Below, piece after piece: positions 28,677 through 38,555 of a stretch of 64,000 nucleotides of DNA. Numbering within the stretch: the stretch's first letter is position 1; each line of letters starts with the position of its first letter. The stretch is from Acutalibacteraceae bacterium (GTDB taxonomy: Bacteria > Bacillota > Clostridia > Oscillospirales > Acutalibacteraceae). The notes beneath the pieces were generated by a model. It made no database searches. It was not told the origin of the DNA and was given only the letters and a program-made list of their open reading frames with translations. Position numbers and translations under genes: made by a program. The stretch is taken from positions 6,980 through 70,979 of the forward strand of contig JAZUNP010000012.1 of assembly GCA_045604215.1 (NCBI GenBank). Reading direction: 5' to 3'.

Positions 28677-29354
28677 TTGAAAGATTTGAAAAAAATATTT
28701 GACGGCAAAATTTACGAAATGTTGCCTAAATCGGACGGGATCATTTTTCCCTACCAAAAGGCTGTAGTTGATGACGGTGATATAGTATGGTACAAAATGC
28801 TTTCGTTTGAGAATTCAAACATAACCGACGTCAGCAAAAATGTATATTGGAATTTAAAATTTGGCAGCAATTATACCGTTGCTGTAAACACAGCTAAAAA
28901 CTTTGTTTCAACAAAAGCAATATTGCTTCCAAGCAATCGACTTTTTATGTGCTGTGATAACGGTCAGGTTTTTATTATCGATCCTGACGGAATGCTCAAT
29001 ATTGCAGGCGAACTGAAATACCGCGACAATCCGCCAAGCGATATTGCATTTTACAAAAACAGTATATGGGCAAGTTTTGGAAACAACAACGTTTTAATCC
29101 GTTTTAACATAAACACAATGCGCGCCGAACTTCGCATAGGCGGAAAAAGTTCACCCTTTGATAAACCTCAGGGTGTTTTCATCGAAGACCACACCGCGTA
29201 TGTGTGCAACACAGGCGCAAATAATATTGTTAAAATCGACCTCGAAAGCTACTCGGTGGAAGAGCTTTATAATTTTGAGGAACCCGTATACTCTTATGTA
29301 AAATCGGGTAATTTCGAATTCGTTTTATTAGAATCGGGACTCTATATTATTTAA
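28677..29354 (+). CDS. hypothetical protein with NHL/beta-propeller-like repeats in the C-terminal half
   Basis: 225 aa, TTG start. The segment SPFDKPQGVFIEDHTAYVCNTGANNIVKIDL resembles an NHL blade. No confident family call. Confidence 0.5.
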   Translation: MKDLKKIFDGKIYEMLPKSDGIIFPYQKAVVDDGDIVWYKMLSFENSNITDVSKNVYWNLKFGSNYTVAVNTAKNFVSTKAILLPSNRLFMCCDNGQVFIIDPDGMLNIAGELKYRDNPPSDIAFYKNSIWASFGNNNVLIRFNINTMRAELRIGGKSSPFDKPQGVFIEDHTAYVCNTGANNIVKIDLESYSVEELYNFEEPVYSYVKSGNFEFVLLESGLYII

Positions 29355-29366
29355 GGAGATGTAAAA

Positions 29367-29609
29367 ATGCTTGAAAAAACAATAATGCTAAGGGATTTTG
29401 AGGCAGTTAAGAATTTTGTTGATATAGCAAACACAAAAAACTACGACATTGAATTGCTGTCGGGCAAATATGTAGTCAATGCAAAATCAATAATGGGTGT
29501 GTTCAGTCTCGATTTGACAAAGCCACTTGTTATGGTGGCTCATACCGATACTCCAACAGAGTTATTGCGTCAAACTGTGCAATTTGAATACGTAGCTACA
29601 AAGAAATAG
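29367..29609 (+). CDS. HPr-fold protein lacking the His15 phosphorylation site (Crh-like)
   Basis: 80 aa. VVNAKSIMGVFSL matches the HPr Ser46 region (K-S-I-M-G-V). The GxHARPA His15 loop is replaced by RDFEAVKNF. GGAG RBS. Confidence 0.65.
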   Translation: MLEKTIMLRDFEAVKNFVDIANTKNYDIELLSGKYVVNAKSIMGVFSLDLTKPLVMVAHTDTPTELLRQTVQFEYVATKK

Positions 29610-29617
29610 GAATTTTT

Positions 29618-32002
29618 ATGACACAAAAATTTTTAAGCTTAAGAAAAAAACTGATAGAAAAAGATTTTGGTTATATGAACGACAGTCAGTTTGAGGCGGT
29701 AACAACAACCAAGGGCGCTGTTTTGGTGCTTGCGGGTGCGGGAAGCGGAAAGACCACTGTGCTTGTAAACCGTATTGCAAATCTTGTAAAATACGGCGAA
29801 GCATACAACAGTGATTTTGTGCCTTTTTTTACCGAACAAGATATTACCGTCGCACAAGATTATCTTGACGGAAAGGTGGATAAGTTGCAAAGCAATGCGT
29901 TTTCGGTTAGCAGACCTCATCCTTGGGAAATTTTAGCCATAACCTTCACAAACAAGGCGGCAAACGAGCTAAAAGAACGCATAAACGCCAAACTCGGTGA
30001 AGGCGGCGAGAGCCTTTGGGCAGGTACTTTTCATAGTATTTGTGGAAAAATTTTGCGTATGAACGCCGAAAGATTGGGTTTTACCTCTCATTTTACCATT
30101 TATGATACCGATGACCAAAAGCGCCTTATAAAGAACATTATAAAAGACAACTCGATTGATGAAAAAATGTTCCCTGTAAGGAGTGTTTTGTCAGCAATCT
30201 CAAGCGCTAAGGACTCGCTTATATCACCCACAGAATATAAAGAAACAGCGGGTAGTGATTACCGTCAGCAAACCATAGCCAAGCTATACGAAGCCTATCA
30301 AAAAAGGCTCAAATCTGCCGATGCGATGGATTTTGACGATATGATAAACTTCACCGTAAAGCTATTTTCGGAAAACCCCGATGTTTTGGAGCATTACGGC
30401 AGTAAATTTAAATACATAATGGTAGACGAATATCAGGATACAAACCACGCACAATATGAATTGGTAAGACTGCTTGCAAGTGTTCACGGTAATTTGTGCG
30501 TTGTGGGTGACGACGACCAGAGTATTTACCGTTTTCGCGGTGCAACCATTGAAAATATACTTAATTTTGAGGATGATTACGAAGACGCAAAAACAATACG
30601 ACTTGAACAAAACTACCGCTCGGTTGGTAATATTCTTGATGCCGCTAACGCCGTGATTTCCAACAACCGCGGTCGAAAGGGTAAAAATCTTTGGACCGAC
30701 AAGGGCGACGGTGAGCTTATAAAGCTTTATACCGCGGCAGATGAGCGCGACGAGGCGCATTTTGTTGCTGACCGTATTCTTGAAAGTGTGCGCTCCGGCG
30801 CAAATATGAGTGACCACGCTGTGCTTTACAGAATGAATGCACAGTCAGCATCAATAGAAAATGTTTTTGCGCGAAGCGGTATATCCTATCGCGTTATTGG
30901 CGGTATGCGATTTTACGAGCGAAAAGAAATTCGCGATGTTTTAGCATATTTAAACCTTATAAATAACAACAATGACGATATACGTCTGCGTCGTATAATA
31001 AATGAACCAAAGCGTGGCATAGGCGAAACTACTCTAAATCACGCAACCGATATTGCACTTGGACTCGGTCTTAGTCTTTTCGAGGTGCTTGATAATGCCG
31101 CGCAGTACGCTCCGCTTAGTCGCGCGGCAACCAAGCTCGCGGAATTTTGTGCAATGATAAAGCATTTGTCGGCACTTGTTGACCAACTTTCAATAGGCGA
31201 ATTGGTTGTTGAGGTTCTAGAAAAGAGCGGCTACCGCGACAGTCTTTTAACCGATGCTGACCCTAAAAACGCCGACCGACTTCAAAACGTTGATGAATTT
31301 GTTAATACGGTAAAACAGTATGAGCTTGAAAATGACGAGCCCACACTTTCGGCATTTTTGGAAGAAATTGCGCTTGTAAGCGATGTTGATTCTATGAACG
31401 ACAGTGATGATAAGGTAACACTTATGACCATTCACTCCGCAAAGGGTCTGGAGTTTGAAAACGTGTTTTTAATCGGGCTTGAGGAAGGTGTTTTCCCCGG
31501 TAATCAGTCGATATTCGGTGGCGAAAGCGAAATTGAAGAAGAACGCCGACTTATGTATGTTGCAATTACTCGCGCAAAACGTAAGCTTTATATCTGCAAC
31601 GCTGTAACGCGAATGGTTTTCGGCTCTACAAACCGCAATTTGCCCTCGCGTTTTTTGAGGGAAATTCCCGACAGATATTGCGATAATTTCAACAAACCCC
31701 TTCAAATGTCGTACGGTCGTTCCTACAACACCGGAAACAGTTTTTACACCGAGCGCAAAAAATCTCAAACAAAAGCCTTTGGAGGTTCTACTTCATTTAG
31801 CACTTTTTCTGCCGCAAAAAAGGTGGATACTACTGCTATTGGTTCCTACTCGGCGGGTCAACGCGTAGAACACAAAGCCTTTGGTACAGGTTTAATCCTT
31901 TCGGTATCACCAATGGGTAGTGATACCTTGCTTGAAATAGCTTTTGACACCGTAGGTACCAAAAAAATTATGGCGGCCTATGCAAAATTAAAGATTTTGT
32001 AA
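29618..32002 (+). CDS. pcrA: ATP-dependent DNA helicase PcrA (UvrD family)
   Basis: 794 aa with SF1 motifs AGAGSGKTTVL, ITFTNKAANEL, VDEYQDTN, LEQNYRS, TIHSAKGLEF, and YVAITRAK. Confidence 0.93.
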   Translation: MTQKFLSLRKKLIEKDFGYMNDSQFEAVTTTKGAVLVLAGAGSGKTTVLVNRIANLVKYGEAYNSDFVPFFTEQDITVAQDYLDGKVDKLQSNAFSVSRPHPWEILAITFTNKAANELKERINAKLGEGGESLWAGTFHSICGKILRMNAERLGFTSHFTIYDTDDQKRLIKNIIKDNSIDEKMFPVRSVLSAISSAKDSLISPTEYKETAGSDYRQQTIAKLYEAYQKRLKSADAMDFDDMINFTVKLFSENPDVLEHYGSKFKYIMVDEYQDTNHAQYELVRLLASVHGNLCVVGDDDQSIYRFRGATIENILNFEDDYEDAKTIRLEQNYRSVGNILDAANAVISNNRGRKGKNLWTDKGDGELIKLYTAADERDEAHFVADRILESVRSGANMSDHAVLYRMNAQSASIENVFARSGISYRVIGGMRFYERKEIRDVLAYLNLINNNNDDIRLRRIINEPKRGIGETTLNHATDIALGLGLSLFEVLDNAAQYAPLSRAATKLAEFCAMIKHLSALVDQLSIGELVVEVLEKSGYRDSLLTDADPKNADRLQNVDEFVNTVKQYELENDEPTLSAFLEEIALVSDVDSMNDSDDKVTLMTIHSAKGLEFENVFLIGLEEGVFPGNQSIFGGESEIEEERRLMYVAITRAKRKLYICNAVTRMVFGSTNRNLPSRFLREIPDRYCDNFNKPLQMSYGRSYNTGNSFYTERKKSQTKAFGGSTSFSTFSAAKKVDTTAIGSYSAGQRVEHKAFGTGLILSVSPMGSDTLLEIAFDTVGTKKIMAAYAKLKIL

Positions 32003-32065
32003 TATTTTTGTATCACACATTTGATAACATATACTTATCAAATGCGATTTTAGGAGTGATTAGTT

Positions 32066-32872
32066 ATGTTAGCGCCAAGTCCCGTTGTTAAAACAACAGC
32101 AAAAACCGCATTGTCAGGAAATTGGCTTCAGTCAATTGTTGTTTGCACCGTTTTGATTTTCGTGTTTTTCATAGGTTTACTTACCGCTTCGGCAATATCA
32201 ATTTTTAGCGGATTTGCAGGATATATCATCTTTTTTGCTTTGTTTTTAATTTTTGCATTGTCACCGTTATTGGTAGGTGTAATTTTCTGGTTTCGCCGCC
32301 TTTTATGGGGGCAAACCGACAGTGCGCTACTGATTTTTAAATACTTTGCAACTCTTGATGAGTATAAGCGAGTTTTGCATTTTATTTTATTGCTTGCCAC
32401 CAAAATTGTTAGCGCGGCAATAATATTTTTCTTCCCCTCGATTATAGTGTGGGTGCTTTCTGGCGAATGGTTTTACAATTTATTTGACCTGTCTTTTCCT
32501 GTATGGACCTCTAGTCTTTGGACGCTCAACTCTTTTTTAGCAATATTTGCAATATTGGCACTCGTGTTTTTTATGCTTAAATATTATTTATCAATATTTT
32601 TATTCGTGAGCAACGATAACATTCACCCTGACGAAGTTGTAAATATGTCAACCATTATCTCTAAACGCACGGGTGCTGATTTTTGGGGACTTGTTCTTAG
32701 TTTTTCGGGCTGGATAATACTTTCACTCTTTGTAGCACCGCTTATTTTTACATTGCCTTATTTTATTTCGGCTTACTGTGTTCATTGCCGATTTGCTGTA
32801 ACGGCTTATAACCGGGATGTTGACAAATTTAATTCGACCGAAGCGCCTAAATTTAGTACTGATGAAATTTAA
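32066..32872 (+). CDS. multi-pass membrane protein (DUF975-like)
   Basis: 268 aa with 5-6 hydrophobic helices. The N-terminal AKTALSGNWLQSIV resembles DUF975. AGGAG RBS. Confidence 0.55.
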   Translation: MLAPSPVVKTTAKTALSGNWLQSIVVCTVLIFVFFIGLLTASAISIFSGFAGYIIFFALFLIFALSPLLVGVIFWFRRLLWGQTDSALLIFKYFATLDEYKRVLHFILLLATKIVSAAIIFFFPSIIVWVLSGEWFYNLFDLSFPVWTSSLWTLNSFLAIFAILALVFFMLKYYLSIFLFVSNDNIHPDEVVNMSTIISKRTGADFWGLVLSFSGWIILSLFVAPLIFTLPYFISAYCVHCRFAVTAYNRDVDKFNSTEAPKFSTDEI

Positions 32873-32884
32873 AAGGGTGTTTTT

Positions 32885-33298
32885 ATGAAAAACATTGGAT
32901 TTAAAATCTTATATATTATAACTGCGATAATTATCTTTATAGAATTGGGATTCGCTGTCAAAGGTGAACTCTTTACCGATATTGAAAAACTTCCAAAGGG
33001 CGAACTCTCCTACTCAGCAGTGTCCCCCTCTGGCGAAAAAGTGCTCAATGTCTATTTGATAGAAAATAGTCTCGGCTCTGCCGTTCGCTGCGAAATATCA
33101 ACCGCAGACGACACACACAATATTTTTTGGCAAACAGAAATTACCTCGGTTAATGCCGAATGGCTCGACGAACAGTTTATAGAAATAAATGGCATTAAGC
33201 TTAATTGCGACGACCGTTTTGGATATGACAGCCGCCGCGGTTATTCACTCTTCGATGAAGGCGCACTCGAACAAAACTTTATGAACGAACAAAGTTAA
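32885..33298 (+). CDS. membrane-anchored hypothetical protein (DUF5412-like)
   Basis: 137 aa with an N-terminal TM helix. YSAVSPSGEKVLNVYLIENSLGSAVRCEI...IFWQ...AEWLDEQFIEINGIKLN resembles DUF5412. Confidence 0.5.
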   Translation: MKNIGFKILYIITAIIIFIELGFAVKGELFTDIEKLPKGELSYSAVSPSGEKVLNVYLIENSLGSAVRCEISTADDTHNIFWQTEITSVNAEWLDEQFIEINGIKLNCDDRFGYDSRRGYSLFDEGALEQNFMNEQS

Positions 33299-33300
33299 TT

Positions 33301-34644
33301 ATGAAAAAAAACGATATTATTGAACTTGAAATTACAGATATATCACACGAAGGCAGCGGTATCGGTCATCACGACGGTATGGCTGTCTTTGTGCCGCTTA
33401 CGGCTGTTGGCGACAAAATAAACGCCCATGTTTTAAAGCTAAAAAAGAATTATGCCTTTGCCAAGGTGCAAAAAATATTAATACCGTCAAAAGAGCGTAT
33501 AGACGTTGATTGCGATGTTTTTACCCGTTGCGGCGGTTGTGCTTTTAGACATATTGATTATAAAAAAGAATGTCAACTCAAACAAAACCGCGTGACACAA
33601 ACTATGCGCAGAATAGGCAAAATCGGGTTTGACAGCCAACCGATAATTAGCGCCGTTAACCCAGACCGCTATCGCAACAAGGCGCTTTATCCAATAGCCG
33701 AAAACGGCGAAATTGGGTTTTATTCAAAGCGCTCCCACCGAAGTATCCCGTGCGGCGACTGTCTTTTGCACCCAAAGGAGTTTTACATAGCAGGAAATGT
33801 GTTTACCGCGTTTGTGCAACGGCATAATATTTCGGTTTATAACGAGCAAGCTCATACAGGTTTGCTTCGTCATTTTTATTTGCGTCACGGTAAAAATACA
33901 AATGAAATTATGGTTGGGATTGTTATAAACGGAAACACCTTGCCGTTTAGTGACAGACTTATTGAGGATTTAAAATCTGCCCTTGGCGAAAGCCTAAAAA
34001 GTATTATTTTAAATATAAATACAAAAAAGACAAACGTTGTATTGGGTGATAAAAATATTTTACTTTATGGCGAAGAATATATACACGATATTCTTTGCGG
34101 AGTAAAAGTGCGTATTTCACCTCATTCTTTTTATCAAGTAAATCACGATATGACAGAACTCCTTTATGAAAAAGCGGCTGAATATGCAGAGCCTTACGGA
34201 AAAAACATACTTGACCTTTATTGCGGTGCCGGTACAATTGGTCTTTCTATGGCAAAGACGGCAAAAAGCATAATCGGTGTCGAGATTGTCGAGGCGGCTG
34301 TGCGCGATGCCAATACAAACGCAAAGGAAAACGGTATTAAAAATGCCCGATTTATTTGCGGTGATGCTGCTGGGGCAGCACAGCAATTAAGACAAGAAAA
34401 AATTGATGCTGACGTAGTAATATTAGACCCACCAAGAAAGGGTTGCGAACAAGCGCTGCTTAAAACGGTGGCAAATGATTTTAGTCCCGAAAGAATTGTT
34501 TATGTGTCCTGTGACGTGGCAACCTTGGCGCGCGATACCGCAATTTTAGAAGCATCTGGATATAAACTTGTTGAATACACACCTGTAGATTTATTTCCTC
34601 GCACCGCGCATTGTGAAACGGTAGCATTATTAAGTAAAATATAG
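33301..34644 (+). CDS. rlmD: 23S rRNA (uracil-5-)-methyltransferase RlmD/RumA family
   Basis: 447 aa. TRAM domain, Fe-S Cys cluster (CDVFTRCGGCAFRH), SAM motif LDLYCGAGTIG, and the catalytic VYVSCD. Confidence 0.9.
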   Translation: MKKNDIIELEITDISHEGSGIGHHDGMAVFVPLTAVGDKINAHVLKLKKNYAFAKVQKILIPSKERIDVDCDVFTRCGGCAFRHIDYKKECQLKQNRVTQTMRRIGKIGFDSQPIISAVNPDRYRNKALYPIAENGEIGFYSKRSHRSIPCGDCLLHPKEFYIAGNVFTAFVQRHNISVYNEQAHTGLLRHFYLRHGKNTNEIMVGIVINGNTLPFSDRLIEDLKSALGESLKSIILNINTKKTNVVLGDKNILLYGEEYIHDILCGVKVRISPHSFYQVNHDMTELLYEKAAEYAEPYGKNILDLYCGAGTIGLSMAKTAKSIIGVEIVEAAVRDANTNAKENGIKNARFICGDAAGAAQQLRQEKIDADVVILDPPRKGCEQALLKTVANDFSPERIVYVSCDVATLARDTAILEASGYKLVEYTPVDLFPRTAHCETVALLSKI

Positions 34645-34724
34645 AGCAAATCCCATTGTCCTTTGTGATAATGGGATTATATTTTTTGTATTTTATACAT
34701 ATTCTTTTTTATGGGGGTATACTT

Positions 34725-35927
34725 ATGAAAAAGGTTTTAGTTATAATTATTTGTATTTTAATAACGCTATCGTTTAATTTTGTATCAGCCGCTACTGTTT
34801 CAAGCGAATGTGATATATCCGACATTTCCGTTCCGATTGACAACACCGTTACTGATGCTGCAATCGGCACACAGCTTGACATAAAGGCGAAGTCGGCGAT
34901 ACTCATGGAGGTTAACACAGGTAAAATTCTTTACGAGCAAAACGCAGACGAAAAACTGCCGCCTGCGTCTATTACAAAAATTATGTCGCTATTACTTGTT
35001 ATGGAAGCCATTGACAGTGGTAAAATGTCGGTAGAGGATGTTGTCACCGCCAGCGAACACGCCTGCAGTATGGGTGGCTCGCAAATTTGGCTTGAGCCTG
35101 GGGAGGCTATGACGGTTGACGAGCTGCTAAAAGCGGCGGTTATTGCCTCGGCTAACGATGCCACTGTTGCACTTGGCGAACAAATAGCGGGTAGTGAAGA
35201 GGGCTTTGTGGCTATGATGAATGCTAAGGCTACAGAACTCGGTATGACAAATACGCATTTTGTAAACGCTACGGGACTTGATGCGGACGGACATATATCC
35301 TCGGCGCACGATGTGGCTCTTATGTCAGCAGAGCTTATAAAGCACGACATTATAAAAAACTATTCTACCGTGTGGATGGACACCTTGCGGGGTGGCGAAA
35401 GTGAGCTTGTAAACACCAATAAATTAGTAAGATTTTACGAGGGTACAACAGGGCTAAAAACAGGTACAACATCGGGCGCGGGATATTGTCTTTCTGCGAC
35501 AGCCGAGAGAAACGGTTTGGAGTTAGTGGCTGTTATTATGTCGGGTGACACCTCAAACGATAGATTTAACGGTGCAAAAAAACTGCTTGATTACGGTTTT
35601 GCAAACTATGAGTATTCATCAATTAGTCCCGCATTAGAACAAACCGAGCTTGAGGTTAAAAACGGTGTTCAAAGGAGATTTAAAATTGCCACCCCTAAAA
35701 ACTTTAACGCCTTGCTTAAAAAAAGCGAGTCGGCATCAGTTACACAACAAACGAAATTAAACGAAAATATTACTGCTCCTATAAAAAAGGGTGATATTGT
35801 AGGTAGCGTAGAATTTTATTTAAATGATGATATTATAGACTCTGTTGATATAGTTGCTGACGAAAACGTCAACAAGATGAGCTTTTTGACCGCTTTTTTG
35901 TGGATTTTACACGGAATAATTAAATAA
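34725..35927 (+). CDS. serine-type D-Ala-D-Ala carboxypeptidase (PBP5/DacB-like)
   Basis: About 400 aa from the ATG at 34725. Signal peptide and the SxxK (PASITKIM), SxN (ASANDA) and KTG (LKTGTT) motifs. Confidence 0.9.
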   Translation: MKKVLVIIICILITLSFNFVSAATVSSECDISDISVPIDNTVTDAAIGTQLDIKAKSAILMEVNTGKILYEQNADEKLPPASITKIMSLLLVMEAIDSGKMSVEDVVTASEHACSMGGSQIWLEPGEAMTVDELLKAAVIASANDATVALGEQIAGSEEGFVAMMNAKATELGMTNTHFVNATGLDADGHISSAHDVALMSAELIKHDIIKNYSTVWMDTLRGGESELVNTNKLVRFYEGTTGLKTGTTSGAGYCLSATAERNGLELVAVIMSGDTSNDRFNGAKKLLDYGFANYEYSSISPALEQTELEVKNGVQRRFKIATPKNFNALLKKSESASVTQQTKLNENITAPIKKGDIVGSVEFYLNDDIIDSVDIVADENVNKMSFLTAFLWILHGIIK

Positions 35928-36048
35928 AATTCAAATTTTTTGTGAAAATTTGTGCAATTTACTTGCAAATCAGTAAAAAATAATGTAAAATAAATTAAAC
36001 AAGGTGGGAGGGTATACTCTTTTCACCAAATAGCAAAGGATTGATTCA

Positions 36049-37389
36049 ATGGCAATTAAGTTTAGTAGTGCGTATGCGAAGGATTTTATACGCGAAAACG
36101 ACATTAAAGGTCTTTTAGGTCAGGTGGCGGATGCTCACAAGACCATTAACGAAAAAAGTGGCCTTGGCAACGACTTTTTAGGTTGGGTTGACCTACCTTT
36201 TAATTACGACAAAGAAGAATTTGACCGCATAAAAGCAGCGGCTAAAAAAATTCAGTCCGACACCGACGTGCTTATCGTTATCGGTATTGGCGGCTCTTAT
36301 CTTGGCGCTCGCGCGGCAATCGAGTTTTTAAAAGGACCTTACTACAACACGATAAGACAAAACGTACCGGAAGTTTATTTTTCGGGCAACAGTATAAGTG
36401 GCTCAAACTTGGCTGATTTGCTCAAGATTTGTGAGGGTAAGCGAGTTTCTGTAAATATTATTTCAAAATCAGGCACAACCACCGAACCAGCGGTTGCATT
36501 CCGTGTGTTCCGTAAACTTCTTGAAGAACGCTACGGCGAGGAGGAAGCAGCACGTCGTATTTACTGCACAACCGACAAGGCTCGTGGCACACTCAAAGCA
36601 TTGGCTGACGAAAAAGGTTATGAATGTTTTGTAGTCCCCGATGATGTTGGTGGTAGATTTTCGGTGCTTACAGCCGTAGGTCTACTCCCCATCGCAGCAG
36701 CAGGTTGCGACATTGATGCTCTTATGTTAGGTGCGTCAGCAGCAGCTAAGGATTATAATATAGAGGATATTGACGCAAACCCATGTTATCAGTATGCGGC
36801 ACTTCGTAACGCTTTTTACCGCAAGGGTAAGTCGATTGAATTGCTTGTTTCCTACGAGCCACGATTTACAATGATGGCAGAATGGTTTAAGCAGCTGTTC
36901 GGCGAAAGTGAAGGCAAGGACAACAAGGGCTTGTTCCCCGCATCAGTTACATTTTCTACCGACCTACATTCTATGGGACAGTTCGTTCAAGACGGCGCAC
37001 GTCTTATGTTTGAAACGGTTGTTACAATTGGTGATAACGGTAGCGATGTTATTATAGAACGCGAAGATAACGACGGCGACGGTCTTAACTTCCTTGCAGG
37101 CAAAACAATGTCTTATGTTAATGAAAAAGCATTTGAGGGTACAGTTCTTGCCCATACCGACGGCGGAGTGCCAAATCTTGTGATTTCGGTAGACCGCGCA
37201 GATGAAGACAATTTTGGTCGTCTTATCTACTTCTTTGAAAAGGCTTGCGCAATATCGGGTTATATGTTGGGTGTAAATCCTTTCGACCAACCAGGTGTTG
37301 AAAGCTATAAAAAGAATATGTTCGCGCTTCTCGGCAAACCGGGATACGAGGATATGAAAGCGGAGCTTGAGGCAAGACTTTTAAAATAA
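36049..37389 (+). CDS. pgi: glucose-6-phosphate isomerase
   Basis: 446 aa with [34 protein letters not shown], and GESEGKD. Confidence 0.95.
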   Translation: MAIKFSSAYAKDFIRENDIKGLLGQVADAHKTINEKSGLGNDFLGWVDLPFNYDKEEFDRIKAAAKKIQSDTDVLIVIGIGGSYLGARAAIEFLKGPYYNTIRQNVPEVYFSGNSISGSNLADLLKICEGKRVSVNIISKSGTTTEPAVAFRVFRKLLEERYGEEEAARRIYCTTDKARGTLKALADEKGYECFVVPDDVGGRFSVLTAVGLLPIAAAGCDIDALMLGASAAAKDYNIEDIDANPCYQYAALRNAFYRKGKSIELLVSYEPRFTMMAEWFKQLFGESEGKDNKGLFPASVTFSTDLHSMGQFVQDGARLMFETVVTIGDNGSDVIIEREDNDGDGLNFLAGKTMSYVNEKAFEGTVLAHTDGGVPNLVISVDRADEDNFGRLIYFFEKACAISGYMLGVNPFDQPGVESYKKNMFALLGKPGYEDMKAELEARLLK

Positions 37390-37447
37390 AATTAAATAAA
37401 GGTAAAGCAACCGTGTACTCACGGTAAATATAAAGGAGTTGTTTTAT

Positions 37448-37855
37448 ATGATTAAACTAATTATCGGAAAAAAAGGCGCAGGCAAAACCAAGCGTTTAGT
37501 AGAAATGGTAAATTCCGCTGCTGAAACAAGTTTGGGCAATGTTGTATGTATCGAAAAGGGCGGCACGCTTACATTTTCCGTTAGCCATAAAGCTCGCTTA
37601 ATTTATGCTGATGATTTTTCAATTTGCGGTTACGATGAATATTACGGTCTTCTTGCAGGTGTAAAGGCAGGCAACAACGACATAACTCACATTTTTGGTG
37701 ACGCTACTTTGCGCATCGGCTCACGCAATTATGATGAACTCGCAGCATTCCTTTCACGTCTTTCAAAGATTGAGGATGTTGAATTCATCTTCACTGTTTC
37801 TTGCGACGAAGCAGAGCTTCCTGCGGCAGTTTTCGAGGTTGCTGAAAAAATCTAA
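37448..37855 (+). CDS. small stand-alone P-loop protein (135 aa), function unknown
   Basis: Walker A GKKGAGKT at residues 8-15 and a possible Walker B LIYADDF. AAGGAG RBS 9 nt upstream of the ATG at 37448. Confidence 0.6.
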   Translation: MIKLIIGKKGAGKTKRLVEMVNSAAETSLGNVVCIEKGGTLTFSVSHKARLIYADDFSICGYDEYYGLLAGVKAGNNDITHIFGDATLRIGSRNYDELAAFLSRLSKIEDVEFIFTVSCDEAELPAAVFEVAEKI

Positions 37856-37877
37856 ACACTAAAGCAAAAACATATCA

Positions 37878-37907
37878 GCGCCCGCAAATAACGCGGGCGC
37901 ATTTTTT
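37878..37907 (+). terminator. rho-independent terminator
   Basis: GC-rich stem gcgcccgc (37878-37885) pairs with gcgggcgc (37893-37900), followed by a T-run at 37902-37907. Confidence 0.8.
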
Positions 37908-37923
37908 AAAGGAGGGGAGCTTT

Positions 37924-38538
37924 ATGCCAAAAATTATTACTATCAGCCGTGAATTCGGCTCGGGTGGACGTGAGCTTGGCAAACGCATTGCTGATGAGCT
38001 TGGAATTCCTTGCTACGACCATCAAATAATTGATATGGTAGCCGAAAAGACCAAGCTTAACAAGGATTTTGTAGCAAGTATGTCGGAAAAGGATATTCAA
38101 ATTTTTTATCCCACAACAATAGGTCACGGTTTTGGTGCGCCAAGCTATGCGGTTATTCAATCGGCTGAAATAATCAATGTCGAACAGCAACTGATTAAAA
38201 AATTAGCGGCACAGGGAGACTGCGTAATTATAGGCAGAGCCGCTGACCAAATTTTGTTGGAATATAAACCGTTTAATATATTTGTTTGCGCTGATGAACA
38301 ATCAAAAATTGCCCGTTGTCGAGCACGTGCTCGCGAAGATGAAAACTTTACCGACAAACAAATTATTCGCAAATGCAAAAGCATTGACCGACAGCGCCGT
38401 ATCTATCGGGAAATGTATACTAGCAACAAATGGGGTATGGCATCAAGCTTTGACCTTTGTGTAAACACTTCGGGCAAACAAATTAAATCTTTAGTTCCTG
38501 CTATAATAAATTATTTAAATATGTGGTTTGAGCAATAA
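37924..38538 (+). CDS. cytidylate kinase-like family protein
   Basis: 204 aa with ITISREFGSGGRELGKRIADELGIPCYD, typical of the AAA/cytidylate-kinase-like family common in Clostridia. Confidence 0.8.
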   Translation: MPKIITISREFGSGGRELGKRIADELGIPCYDHQIIDMVAEKTKLNKDFVASMSEKDIQIFYPTTIGHGFGAPSYAVIQSAEIINVEQQLIKKLAAQGDCVIIGRAADQILLEYKPFNIFVCADEQSKIARCRARAREDENFTDKQIIRKCKSIDRQRRIYREMYTSNKWGMASSFDLCVNTSGKQIKSLVPAIINYLNMWFEQ

Positions 38539-38555
38539 CAAAATCCGATTCACAC

